Source: Takakia lepidozioides (lineage: Eukaryota > Plantae > Bryophyta). Taken from it: a stretch of 64,000 nt of DNA. Positions 12,606 through 24,379 of the stretch are shown in pieces. The DNA is taken from NCBI GenBank assembly GCA_030704615.1, contig CM060732.1, positions 20,212,001 through 20,276,000 on the forward strand, in the 5' to 3' direction. The position numbers and the translations under genes are program-made. Position 1 is the stretch's first letter; every line of letters starts with the position of its first letter. A model generated the notes under the pieces. It saw nothing but the letters and a program-made list of their open reading frames with translations. It searched no databases and was not told where the DNA came from.

Positions 12606-13652
12606 ATTGTCGTGCTAGGTAACGACGGAGGTTGCGGAATCGAATGGCACGTACCCCCATCAGACACCATCCTGTACCGAGCTGTGGGAATGCCCATTCC
12701 CTTTCCGAATCAGTCGCTGCCCACACCATCCACAAAGGAGTCCGGAAACCGACAGGCGGCCACTGCCAACAGAGAGGTATGCAACGATAATCATTCCCGA
12801 CCTGGACCGTCAAGACCCTCCATAGCTTCTCGTGTGGACGTATTCGACATTTCCGACGAGGAAGATGATTGCATTGAGGTACCCATGTCCTCCACACGGT
12901 CGTTCAAATCCGGCATGGACGTCTCTGTAGGTGCTACGCATGTGCCCTCGAGCATAACTCCAACCCGGTCCATTGTGCAGCTCCTACGACAACATCACCT
13001 CGATGGTTCTCGCTCCGAGCTGGCTGCTCTCGACTATGCCAAATTCCCAGTCAGAAATGTAACGTTTCTGCCTCCCGAAGTCAATGGCAATGTCATCTTC
13101 GAGTTTCCACCTGTTTCTTCGTCAAACAAAGCCTCCAGGATGTTAACAGACATGGATCGAAAGCATGACGGACACCCCTGGTGTGTGACGAAGACCAGTA
13201 GCACGAAAATTGCTGATGGTGTTCGTGTACGATATGATGGGACACGACAGCTCTAAGCATCCTACACACCGTTGGGGGAAACCGAAGAGGCGGCGACCTC
13301 CCTCAAAAGTGAGACAAGGATGGGGAATGCACTTCGGATGAACTGTACAATCCAGAGCTCGACAGAAGTGCCCCCACCAGGATTCGGGCGTGTGTATCAG
13401 ATGGCCACGGCGGGCTCAGCTGTTCGCAATGAGGTGTACACCATCACCATTTCAGAATTACCCACCTGCAATTGCACCGACTTCCAGATCATGGCGAACA
13501 AGGGGGCATCATACTGCCCTTGCAAGCATTTGTACTACGTGTACCTAAAGAGACTCCGTTGTAATTCCACAACTCATCACTTCATACATGCACCAGGGTT
13601 GAGCCCCCAGGAGGTTCACACTCTTCTGAATATGGATCCAGGGGACCAGTGA
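12606..13652 (+). pseudogene. MULE-1 transposase remnant: N-terminal region and SWIM, DDE core deleted
   Basis: IEWHVPP...NGNVIFEFPP...DRKHDGHPWCVTKTS matches the N-terminus of the MULE-2/3 transposases. It then jumps at ~13230 to the C-terminal SWIM (CNCTDF...CPCKHLYYV). Confidence 0.85.
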
Positions 13653-14513
13653 GCTTGGCTTGCGGTCCCAATACAATGGTACGCCCATCCTTTTCGGATA
13701 GTAGAACTGTACTGCTGCCAGTACCTCAGACTCTGGCCACAGAAACGTCCGACATATGTCTTGCCTACCAGTAATCTGTTTTGCTCGAACTAAGATATTA
13801 CTATATCGTTCATTTGTTTCCACGTGCATGTATTTTTGTATGTTGGAGGGTTCATGTTTTTCTGCTTTCCGAAAACTTGCTTTCCTCATTCGACCTCCGA
13901 CAAGGAAATGCGGCGCCGCATTTCCAAGTATCGTCGTAGGTACTGGTAGAGGCGGCCTTCGCCAACACCAAACTGCTCCGAAATTTCGCACGTGCGAACC
14001 CTAATGCGGCACCTTATTTCCCAGTTCAGTTGCAAACCTTTCCCGCCGAATACCCGAAGAAGACAGAATTGTGAAGTACTGCAGACTGTATTGGTGCAGA
14101 CTCCATTGGTTCAATCGCGGCAAAAGGGTCAGCTTCATTCCAATGTTAAGGCATGTAAAACCGCGGAATACTCTATACAGGCCAGTATGCGACGTCCTTT
14201 TGCAGTGGTATACTGGATTTCCCGTTGCACGGTCACTTATTTCCATGAGCGGATCTATAAAACCATGAGCGGACTTGTTACTGACAACATATCTTCGCCG
14301 CATTACATGATCTGGAACGTCCAAAAACGGCAAGGTCAAATTAAAAAACTATTATTTTAATACTTGTTTAATCTGCCGCATTTCCAAATTTGGAGGAGTC
14401 CGCTCATGAAATCCGCGTATCTTAGACTTCGGCTCACCGCTCATGCGGCTCATGCGGCTCATGGCTCATGGCTCATGGTTTCTGCTCATGAAATAGTAAA
14501 CCTCAAATTGATG

Positions 14514-15180
14514 CGCAATGAAGCTGGGTTGGAGGGGCAGCATCAGTCCAAGAGGCAGAAGTAGGATACGACTGTGGCAGATCCACTAGCTTCAAAGAAA
14601 CCACAAGATGATGTTTCCATAGTTCTTGTGCAGGATGGGGAACAGCAGCACAGAGGGCTGTTGTTACTGGAAGCACGGCCTGTGGAGAGGGAGGAAGAAG
14701 TCACCTCAGTACCACAGCCATCACAGCCAGTTGACTCAATTGTTCTGGGGGTCACTCAGATAGTACATGCTGTTACACCAGAGCCTATTGCTCTTGAAGG
14801 AGAAGGGCTGGACATTCCCACTACAGAGCAGGTAGTGGCAGAAATTGAGAAGGGGGACCTTCTCTATGAAAACTCTGGCTTGGGCAGGGAACCAGTGGTG
14901 CCAAAGATGCCGAGTTTGACCGAGGGAATTCCTGCTATGCATGTGATGCTCGAACCTGTGGAGGAGGTTCCAGAGGTAGAAAGTGGGGGCATTGCAGCAC
15001 CTGTGGAGAATGAGGTCGTTCAGGACGAAGATCTTGTGGGAACATGGCCTAAATGGTTGGTGAAACCTCACACATCCCCACCCCTACAGATGCACTATCC
15101 TCCGTCAATTGTGGCATCTTGGCCATTGAGGCTACAAGGGCCTTCCACCCCTGAGTCTTGCAAAAGTTGTGCTCGATGGC
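14514..15180 (+). pseudogene. Continuation of the retrotransposon accessory ORF after MULE-1
   Basis: In frame with the 1870-2055 segment across the TSD; acidic, low-complexity ORF 14574-15266. Confidence 0.55.
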
Positions 15181-15300
15181 GGGGGAGGCCTCTGAAACTT
15201 CTTTTTCTACACATGACATACAAATGCAATGACAGGTCAGAATTCATAATGGAAGGGAGAAGCTAAAAAAGAAGAATGGGTATGACAAGAGAAAGAACAC

Positions 15301-15923
15301 TTACGAATCGGGTGACAAAACTCTTGCTCCGCCGGGGCCCCACTTGTGTGTTGATTCCGCACACTTCTCAAGGCGGGCGGCAGTTGCTGCATGTCCCCTT
15401 GCGAAGATCTCCGCCTTCAGCTCTTCCCTCTCCCCTGCGATGAGAGCCTCCCAAGATTCCTGTCCACCCCCAACAAAGACACTATAAATGTTAATGAACA
15501 CCATACCGCAATGAACATGCATTCAAAGACGCCAATGACAAGTGAAGTGTGTCTTGCCTTGGTTATTACATGTGGCATGGTCGTTGGTTTGACCCCCGCC
15601 TTGAGTGCCTTGCGAATGGTTTGTCGCGCACGGTACCTCTTGTCCTTGAGGTTCTTTCCCACCAGCTCCAAGAGCTTCCCCTCATTCCACTCACCTGGAA
15701 ATGTGCCCTCAAGTGCTTGCACGAATGCTCGCCTATGGCGATGTGATTGGCGTGGCCAATCAATATGCCAAGGGAACCACCTCGCCGCCAAGTCGAAGGC
15801 TACTCTTTTCATGACCTCCCAATACTCACCAATGGGGTCACCGACCTTATTGGTCTCTAAGGGGGGCAACTTCATCTTTGGCAAATCAAGGTTGCGGGGA
15901 CCCGAGGTCTTTACCTCGTCCAC
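15301..15923 (-). pseudogene. Possible CACTA TnpA-like (Transposase_24-like) fragment
   Basis: WEALI...STHKWGPGG motif and a W-rich helical region loosely resemble En/Spm TnpA. Weak similarity only. Confidence 0.3.
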
Positions 15924-17057
15924 ACTCTTCTAAACTACCTCTCCCTTGTCTTTTGTTGCCCCGCTAATGCCCTCCGCCGGCTGCACGCTCATCTGAACTA
16001 GCTCCCCCTTGTCTTTTGTTCCCCCACTAGTGCCCTCCCCCGGCTGCACCTCTCTCCTTCTACGCCTCCTTCTCTTACGCTCCCTCTCCTGGGCATGTCA
16101 TTTCCCCTTCCCCTCCACTACTTCCCTACCCTCCTTGATGATTAGGGGAACCTCAGGGACACAACGTCTTTTCATCTTCCTCTTACCACCCATCAAGGCA
16201 CCTGCATCTCGGAAAAACTGCAAGTAAATCCATAAATACCTTCACAATGAGTATGATTGTAGAACTTTGCAAGACAGTCTCAGACAGTATTGAATGAGAT
16301 GCTTCCAACAACTATACCGTGAATCAATCAGCTTCCTTCCATTAAAAGAGCCTCCATATGGCCTGCATGCATTGCCTTGAGCTCATTGTCATCCTATTCC
16401 AAAGAAGCCCCTACTCTACAATGTTACATCTCTCAGAAACCCATCTCCTCATTATTTGTCCTCAATTTCCCCTTCCTTTTGTCTGCTTTGCCAGAAACAG
16501 ATTGGAGAAAAATTTCCATGGATAACTACTATAAAATCCAACAATCAGAACAGACTCTCATGCCAAACTAATGCAGGCCATCCTTTATCATGCCATCCAG
16601 CACGTCATCTTCCTTCCTTCCTGCGTACCATCAGTGGTTTACCGCTTAACAGGTTACTATCTGGTGAAGTCCCTTTGTAGATGAAATTCTTCACACATCA
16701 GTACATGCAGTAGCCTTATGGCCATTAATCCCACAGGATACAATCCATCCTAATTGTGTAAGATTTTTTATATTAAACTACCATAGTTATGACTGCAATC
16801 TCTTATTGGTGAGGTTGGGATTCACTCTTCCTGCTCCAGAGCATAAGAGGTATATTTAATTGCAGAAAGTGTGACCGTCAAAGTAGTTCAAATTGTAATA
16901 TTTCTTGAGAGGGGAGCTGCAAATGTGATACTAGTGTAACCACCATCACTAATCTCAACATACCAACAGACTGTCATGATTCCTCTGCCACTAGTGATAG
17001 TCAAGAAGGCAATGATTATAAGGAATGGTCGATATCATGACTTCTTTGTAGCTCAAT

Positions 17058-17815
17058 CACTACTACGTTTGGGGGGGGGGGGGGGGGGGGGGTTAGCAAT
17101 GCCTCAGCGACCTCCAAACGCCGCGCCTAGCGACGGAAATACACTACAGCGCCCGGGGCGCGCCGGGGACAAATTGCGACGTCGGGAAGTCGCCGCCACG
17201 TCGGTCCGACGTCACTCCCGGAACGTCGCAAATTAGCGACCTAGGGGAATCGCTAATCCCCCGGGTCCCCCTGGCCACGACCAGCGACGGCGGAATGTCG
17301 CCGCCCCTCCGGGGCGTCGCAACAAAGGGCAAGGAGGGGGGTCCATCCCTCCCCCTGCGTCATGGGACAGTCGCAAGGACATTGCCCATCCCCAGAAATA
17401 GCCACGCGCCGGCATCGCCGACACGTCGCACCTGGGACATTAAAGCCCCCGCTCTGCGATGCCTGGACATCGCAGATGGGGTCTATTCTGCCTAGGGGAC
17501 TGGCGACGCCCGGGAATCACCATGACGTCGCTGCCATCTGGGGGCGTCGCTAGACCCCCATGGGTAGGGAGGTTCTCTGGCGACGCCCAGGAATCGCACG
17601 GGTCGTCGCTAGCTCCATGGGAGGGAACGTTCTTATGCGACTCCCTGGAGTCGTAACAACGTTGCAGCCCCTGGGCGGCGTCGCTAGCTCCACATTGGTG
17701 TGGTTCTGTTGTGACTGCTGGGAATCGCAAGAGCATCGCTGGTCGCCCCCGGCGTCGCTGGGTGGGAGGGTAGCCAGCTGGTATTTGGGGTGGGGTTTTG
17801 GGTTTTTTTTTTTGT

Positions 17816-17858
<43 letters not shown>

Positions 17859-17860
17859 CT
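17058..17860 (+). mobile_element. Possible CACTA terminus with GC-rich subterminal repeats
   Basis: CACTACTAC at 17058, then many gcgac/gtcgc motifs in both orientations between two poly-G tracts. No matching TAGTG end identified. Confidence 0.4.
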
Positions 17861-18044
17861 TGGGGGTTGGGGTGTGCCTCGTGCTTGCAAGAATTGCATG
17901 CATTCTAATCTATAGGTCGACACACCAAATCCACATGTCCATTAAGGTTAGAATGAGGATAAGAAAAATATACATAAAGCGAGTACTACCTATACATGTC
18001 TCTAACTGGGAACCATCCCTCACTCCTCATCACCTGAGTCATAG

Positions 18045-18502
18045 GTGTACTCATCCGAGGAATGCAAGCTACGCTGGGCCTCCAATTTGGAAGATGATGA
18101 GGCCAAGTCCGAGATTACATCATCCTTCGAACCACCCCCTACTACTGGCTTTCCCCCATCCGGCCGAGCCACTGAGGTGGGAGAACCTTCAAACCATGTG
18201 AAAGCATGTGAGAGAGGAACTCAAGCAGGAGTTTGAGGGTAGAATTGCCACTGAGTGTGCAAACAAGGTGGATGTGGAGGCCAACCTCAAGTTGCAGAAA
18301 GAATTGGAGGACACCAAGGCTGCCCTGCAGCTAGCAAAGGGGAATATGATTGAAGCGGGTCTGGAGCAGGAGAAGTTGCATGAAGCACATAAGCAGCAGC
18401 TATACCAATTGCAGGTGAAGCATGATGGCAAATTGCAGGAAGTGAAGGTACTCCATACGGAATTGGAAGCAGTTCATCAGAGAATGACCATACAATGTGC
18501 CA
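18045..18502 (+). pseudogene. Coiled-coil accessory ORF piece interrupted by MULE-2 (continues at 29997-31327)
   Basis: HQRMTIQCAT joins in frame to LTTALEVNRQ after removing MULE-2 and one TSD. Confidence 0.65.
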
Positions 18503-19152
18503 CAACGACGCAATGGCATGAGCGTTGCACGTGAGCGCGCGAGCGTACGCTCACGCAGGAGTGACGTGGCGTGAGCGTACGCTCACGCCAGCTGACGTGG
18601 CGTGAGCCTGCACACACGCTGACGTGGCGTGAGCGTCATGTCAGCATGCTGATGTGGCGGTAAATGATGACGTGGCACTGTCCGCCAACTGCCATGTCAG
18701 CATTAACATGCGCCGCCTATAACCGTGGATGGTCCTATGACCGTGGAATTAATGCAGGGAATCTTGCCTAAATAGAATCAAGACGAGCGTTGAGTCCTAC
18801 AATTGCAGCATCCAACATTGTGCAATTACAAATGCTTGTTTCACTTTTACAATTACGAGGACGACAAAATATCCTCACAAAGTGTGCGCCATAAAGGCTG
18901 CCACGAGAAGACTTCCTCCCTCCTTAAATAACAATGAGAGTTATGATCATCTTCAAAAGATGATTGTAGTGCATAGCGACAGCAAGACATGTAGACTTTG
19001 AACGGTGCAATGACAAATGTGCACTACCTAAAAGTTGTCACTCAGAGCTCACTCCGTATAGTTGGAGGCCATATCATTGCACAGCCGACGAATTGATGTG
19101 AATTACACATTTCAAATCATGGTCATCCACATACCACATTACATAGTTCATG

Positions 19153-22100
19153 CTACCCATGTGTTGTATCCCGCTGCAAAAGAGTATCGACCTCGTTGAA
19201 ACTCATAGTGGCCTGGTGAATGAAGTTGTCACGTTTGGGATCGCAAACCATCCTCCTCAAAAATATGAAATACAAATGTTTGCAGGGTATGAATTTACCT
19301 CTCTTGCCCAAACTGGTTGATAGCATATTCACAAAATCAGGACATGTGCAATTGGGGAAATTGGAAACCGTGATGTCGTAGGTCCTGTCATGAACAGCAG
19401 ATGTGGAAGTGATGATTGTGAATACCCGACCATATCTGGATCGGGTACTTCCGTGGTGCTTCCGACACGAGCTTGGAGCATTCTTGCGGACTCCACTTTG
19501 CCAAAGTGTTCAGCGGTTGGAGGGAAACGCCGAACGAGCTTTCCATCTCGTTTGGTTGGCCACAAGTCAGGATTTGCCGGGGGGACCCGGGAGGACGCAG
19601 AAGTAGTAGCACATGCATGGAGTTGGGGTTGTCTCGCAAGGGAAAAACCTGCCTCCTCCAGCATTTCAATCTCCTGAAAGCTGAGATGTGTTCCCACCTT
19701 CACGGGCCAAACGGTTGGAGGAGATGGCTTCATCACTACGGAAGGACGCACAGTTCCATGCACACATCTGGCACAATCATCTGCGCAGAACCAGAACTTG
19801 TGGTTCTTGGCTTCTGGTTGACCGTATGGACGCATCAAGCCCATGAAAGTCGGAGCAGGAGTTCGGGCACCACCTCTGGATATAGATGAAGTGCACTTCT
19901 CAAAATTAGTTGCCCTGATCGCTGTACATTTCACACGAGACCCGACACTTGTGCGTTCTATGTGCCAAACGTGGTCGGGGCATGCGGACTCAAGCACATC
20001 AAGGGGGTTGTTTCTCTCCTGCACCATTTCAGTGGCACGGTTTGATGCTGGAGCTTGCCGTCGTGTTGGAGGTTCCTCCACAATGGAGGTTTTGGACATG
20101 GAGCTGTCATGCAGGGGAACACGAGGCTTCGAGAAGTTATCACGGTCTGCCCTGTGGGAATCTGAATCCGAACCAGGTGGAGTGTTCAATTTCCTCTTAC
20201 AGGAGCCGAATCTCTCCTCCCCTTCAAGATGTGGAACTCTAGAAACAAGTGGCGTTCCCTGGGCATACATGCTCACCGCCCGTGCTATCTTGATTGGATC
20301 CCCAGATCTGTTTGCAGCATGCAACATCAACTCCCATTTGTCCGGACCCTTGCCACCAACCCCACCTCGTAAGAAATCACGGTATCGGGTTTGTTGTTGC
20401 AAGGCACGTATCAAATCATCTGTTGTTGCCACATACAAATCCCGACCTCGTTTCCCAGACTGCTGCAACCATGCATTGTGCACAGTTTCTGCCAAATTGC
20501 AAGATGGCATGTCCGCCATTTCCTCAATGGACATGTTCTGCAAAGAGGATAACCACACTTCAGAACAGTGCACAGGAAACAACATAAAGAAAGCAATGAG
20601 TCAAAAATATGGAAAGCAAATGTATGAATAAAGCATGAAATAGAAGCCTCGTACCATTGTCATGGCTGCTCCCCACTGTCTATACCGGAAGTGCCAAAAC
20701 GCCAGCCAATCTTCCAATGCTCTCATACTCTCAAGTGATGCAGCTCCAGAAGAGAACCACCAGGCACGAATTGTCTGGAACAAAGTGTCCGCCTCCTTCA
20801 TTGTTCTAGCATCTTTGTACTCTTTGCACAATGTACGGTGTTGAGTCTGCATCTCTGGTTTGATGTCCGACTTTGTATGTTTTTCCAGAGATTATGTCCA
20901 ATGGAATAGACATGTACGCTCTCTTCCTGGCATAGGCACTTTTGGGTCGCCCGATCCGAAGACAATACAAACAGCATTGAAATTTGCTTGAGCACTATCC
21001 GCCATGAAACCTGCAAAATTTGGAGATGGCAGCCCATGGCAGCCCATGACACGTATCAGGGAATTCCACATGAGCTTCTAGGATTCCGTATCCTCGAATT
21101 GCATGTCACAAACTGCAATTGTCATAACTCGTTGGTACACTGGATCGTAGACATGACAAGCCATTGTCGTCCAATCCTTCACTCGTTTCACATGATCAAA
21201 CATAAGAAAACAGTTCTGCAAGTCCCCAGTCTTCTGCATCCGCTTCACGAGGCTAACCCCACTGCCCTCCCCAACAGTCGACATTTTGAAAAGAAAAACT
21301 TTGATGGCACCTTGACCTGGGAATACATTGTCCTGGATGTAATCGTACTTGCTCACTCGTTTCAATTCCAAAATATTGTCTATGTAGCCTCTGATCCCAG
21401 AGCCCATTCTCAATGCATTGATCTGATGCCGAATGTTAGGTGAACTTAAAGTGGAGAAATGATCCATGACCAGGTCCAATGCTGCACCGTCAAGTTTAGT
21501 CCCCACAGAATCTCCTTCACTCAAAATATGGCTTTCCAAGAAGGACTTGCTTGCGCCAAGAGCAATTGCAGATGTTGTTGCGGATGGGTTTCTCCCGAAC
21601 TCCTGTTTGATCAACCTCGATACTGTCTCAACACTCTCCCTGTAATCCCCCTTCGAGACAGGATGGTTATGGAATCCAAAATGCACACAAGCTCTCGTCA
21701 TTGTATTCAAACGGTGGACAACATAGTACATTCTTGCTCCGCAGAGCGCCAAACAGGATGGCACAAGTTTGCAGAATTTGCAGACGAAAGTGTTTGCCAG
21801 TGGAGGGGCAGTCCCAGGCTGAAATGGATTTTCCGCCAGACCCTCCCATTCGCTTTGATTATGAAACCCAGACTGAAGAAAGTGTCTGCAATTCAAATTA
21901 TCACACCTAAGGTGTCCATTGCAAACTGTCCTCCTAAAAACAAGCTTGTCATCATTCTGAATATTGGATGTTTTTGTTCTGCACCACGGGTGCCCGTCGT
22001 GTTTCTTGTCCATTCCATGCATCATGATTGTTACACCTCCAACTCGCGGAGGAGGAGGCAGCTCGAATAGGATATCGCCATCAAAAGTCTCCGGCAAGAA

Positions 22101-22667
22101 CTTCACAGGCACCTGCTTCAAAGATTCCCAATCAATTCCCCGCAACTCACTTTTGAATCCAGCCATTCCTCCCATCGCCCGCAATTTTGGAATGACACTA
22201 CAAATCTCTTCTTCATCAGCTTCTGCAACCACAGTAGGAAGGACTGGATTTGGAATTTCACTTATGTCATCATCGGAAGAATCCGAAAGCTCAACGATTG
22301 GAGTGGAGGAAGTCTGTTCTTTTTTCACCACCACCTCCCTCTTGTCTTCAACGACCGAAGCAGCAGTCCCGGGCGTCACATATGACCCAAGGGACTTTCG
22401 CCGAGGCTCTCCAAGTACTCTGTATCGACCAGGACGCACTCTCCACTGGCTGATATGAGCCGTCTCATCACGGTTTTGGAAAGAATATTTCACCAACTTC
22501 CCTTTCAGATCGTAAACCTCTTTCTCCAAAAAGATGGAGCCATTCTGCAGCTGAAAACGGGTAGCCAAGACATGTTCCAGAACAATTGCAAATCCATTGT
22601 CAAGGACTTCCTGGGAGAACGGCACTGGTTTGTCGTCTGAGAAGAACTCCGCTTCAGAGGAAGCCAT
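19153..22667 (-). pseudogene. MULE-2 transposase: GCM-like Zn domain, MULE DDE, SWIM
   Basis: HDGHPWCRTKTS...CNGHLRCDNLNC...CKFC...HFGFHNHP; FLMFDHVKR; GFMADSAQANF; CLFHW; CNLAETVHNAW; CTCPDF...CKHLYFIF. One intron at ~20538-20654. Stop at 21078 and frameshifts. Confidence 0.9.
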
Positions 22668-24060
22668 CTTCCTTCCTCGAGTATGTTTGTACCTTGCTAT
22701 CGCAGATCTAGTGTAAATCGGTTTACTGCTGTTCCAGAACACAGTTGAAGAATGAGCAGAGAATATGGCGGAGGAAGCTCACATAACGACTGTGCATATT
22801 ATGTTATTCTTTCCAGATATGCAGCCGTCCATTTTAATTACTTTTCTTGTGGGCCCAGTGGTCAGAGTATCCCTAGGGGCAGTGTCGGCAACTGTTAAAC
22901 CGTTAATCAGAACCTCATCAATAAACCCAATAACAAAGCCGACTTCCTGGAAGCATGCCACAGGATCTGAGAATGGGATTGCAGATTAAGTAAATGTATC
23001 TATATACTACTACCAATGATCATGCGCACCTGGAAAGTTCCAAATGTGAAACTAATGTGGGGTTTGGCTAACAAGGATGACCGTGTATGATATTCCAAAA
23101 TTTGTCATCAAACTCTCGTTCATTTATATTTATTTGTTTAAGACTGCGCATCAATTTCTGGGATTCGCTGTTATTTTTAAATATTGAACCCGTTCTAATA
23201 AAGAACACGCCGTTTTTTTTGGGCGGCACACGTCAGACATCCATAACTGAATACGAATAGCTGTACACCAATTGCTGGCATGTGCACTAATAAGGAAACG
23301 ACTATGTGTAACGGTCACGCGGGAGGGAATCCGATGCTTCTAGAGACACGCAAGAACGCAGGCAATCCCGCAAGAAATCGGGAGTCACTGCGTTTTTCTA
23401 CTTTTCGCGCTTAGAGGGAGAGTGGTAGTCAAGCTGGAGAGGGTTCCTTCTAGAATACGAAAGAGAAGAAAGTCTCTTTATTTTACTTCCCTTAGAGAGA
23501 GACGCAGAGCAAGAGAGAAAATGACGAGGCGTCGTTTGTTGGAGAACACAGGGCCAAGGCAGCAGGTGAACGCGGAGACTGATTCACAAGAGCAGACGGA
23601 GACTGAAGCAGCGGCTGCGACACAGTCGGCGATAAGAGTGCGCCAGCCTGTGGAGGCAGAGATGATTTGCAGGGACACTGAAGAAGGTGGAAGCACGCGG
23701 AACGCCGAACCGGGAGAAGGTCAAGAAACCCTTGCGCAGACAGAAACTCCAGCAGATGTGAGAGGGAAGAGGAAAGCTGCAGAAGGGGATCAATTTCAAA
23801 ACCTAAGAAGGTGCCAGTAACTTTTATCTAACTTACATTTCAATGTTGAAGATATGCGTAGAGATTGAGTGGAATGTCCCAGACAGGGATTGTCGCTATC
23901 GACCATCACAAGGGCTTTCTACTCCTCTGCGAAGGGTTTACAGCACAATGAGTGTGTGACTATCGTACAGTCATTCACTGGTGTTCAGATCATATAGTCT
24001 GTCTGATTGCCTTTCAAGGAGTCCTTCCTCTTCCCTTCTTTAGCAGGAACTACTGAATTG

Positions 24061-24379
24061 CGAGCGTCGTTAACGCCATTCGATTCTCCTCATGAGATTT
24101 ATGTACCTATGTGTTTGAAGAGAGAGTCTGCACTTACTATTCTCCCTAAACTACACTGAATGTCGTTGCCGCCAATCAGTTGCACATGTATGTCATTACA
24201 CAACACCGATCCGGCAGGTCGTTATCTTTTGTGATTGTCGTTAACGCCGTTCGTTATCGCTCTCGCTTTTGTTTTGAATATGGCAGTCTCAGCTTTGCAT
24301 GTGTAGATTGTGCTGAATTCTTTCACACCATTCATGGTGAGTTTCCTTGATACATAGTGATGGTCGTTACCGCCATTCA
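24061..24379. repeat. Degenerate copies of the MULE-2 palindrome in intron 1
   Basis: tgaatgtcgttgccgccaatca-like units at 24061, 24157, 24232 and 24358. Confidence 0.7.

Larger units (their letters stand above)
2056..14504. mobile_element. MULE-1: Mutator-like DNA transposon carrying ParB-MTase; non-autonomous, with a nested Gypsy
   Basis: 9-bp TSD aaactgatg (2047-2055) / aaattgatg (14505-14513). Imperfect TIRs gggggctgCTATTTCATGAGC ... GCTCATGAAATAGtaaacctc with catgagc sub-repeats. Removing the element restores the host reading frame. Contains a transposase remnant with SWIM. Confidence 0.92.

Noticed and set aside
17560-18201. 213-aa Gly-rich ORF and its poly-Pro antisense ORF
   Set aside because: Product of GC-rich repeats and a poly-G tract.
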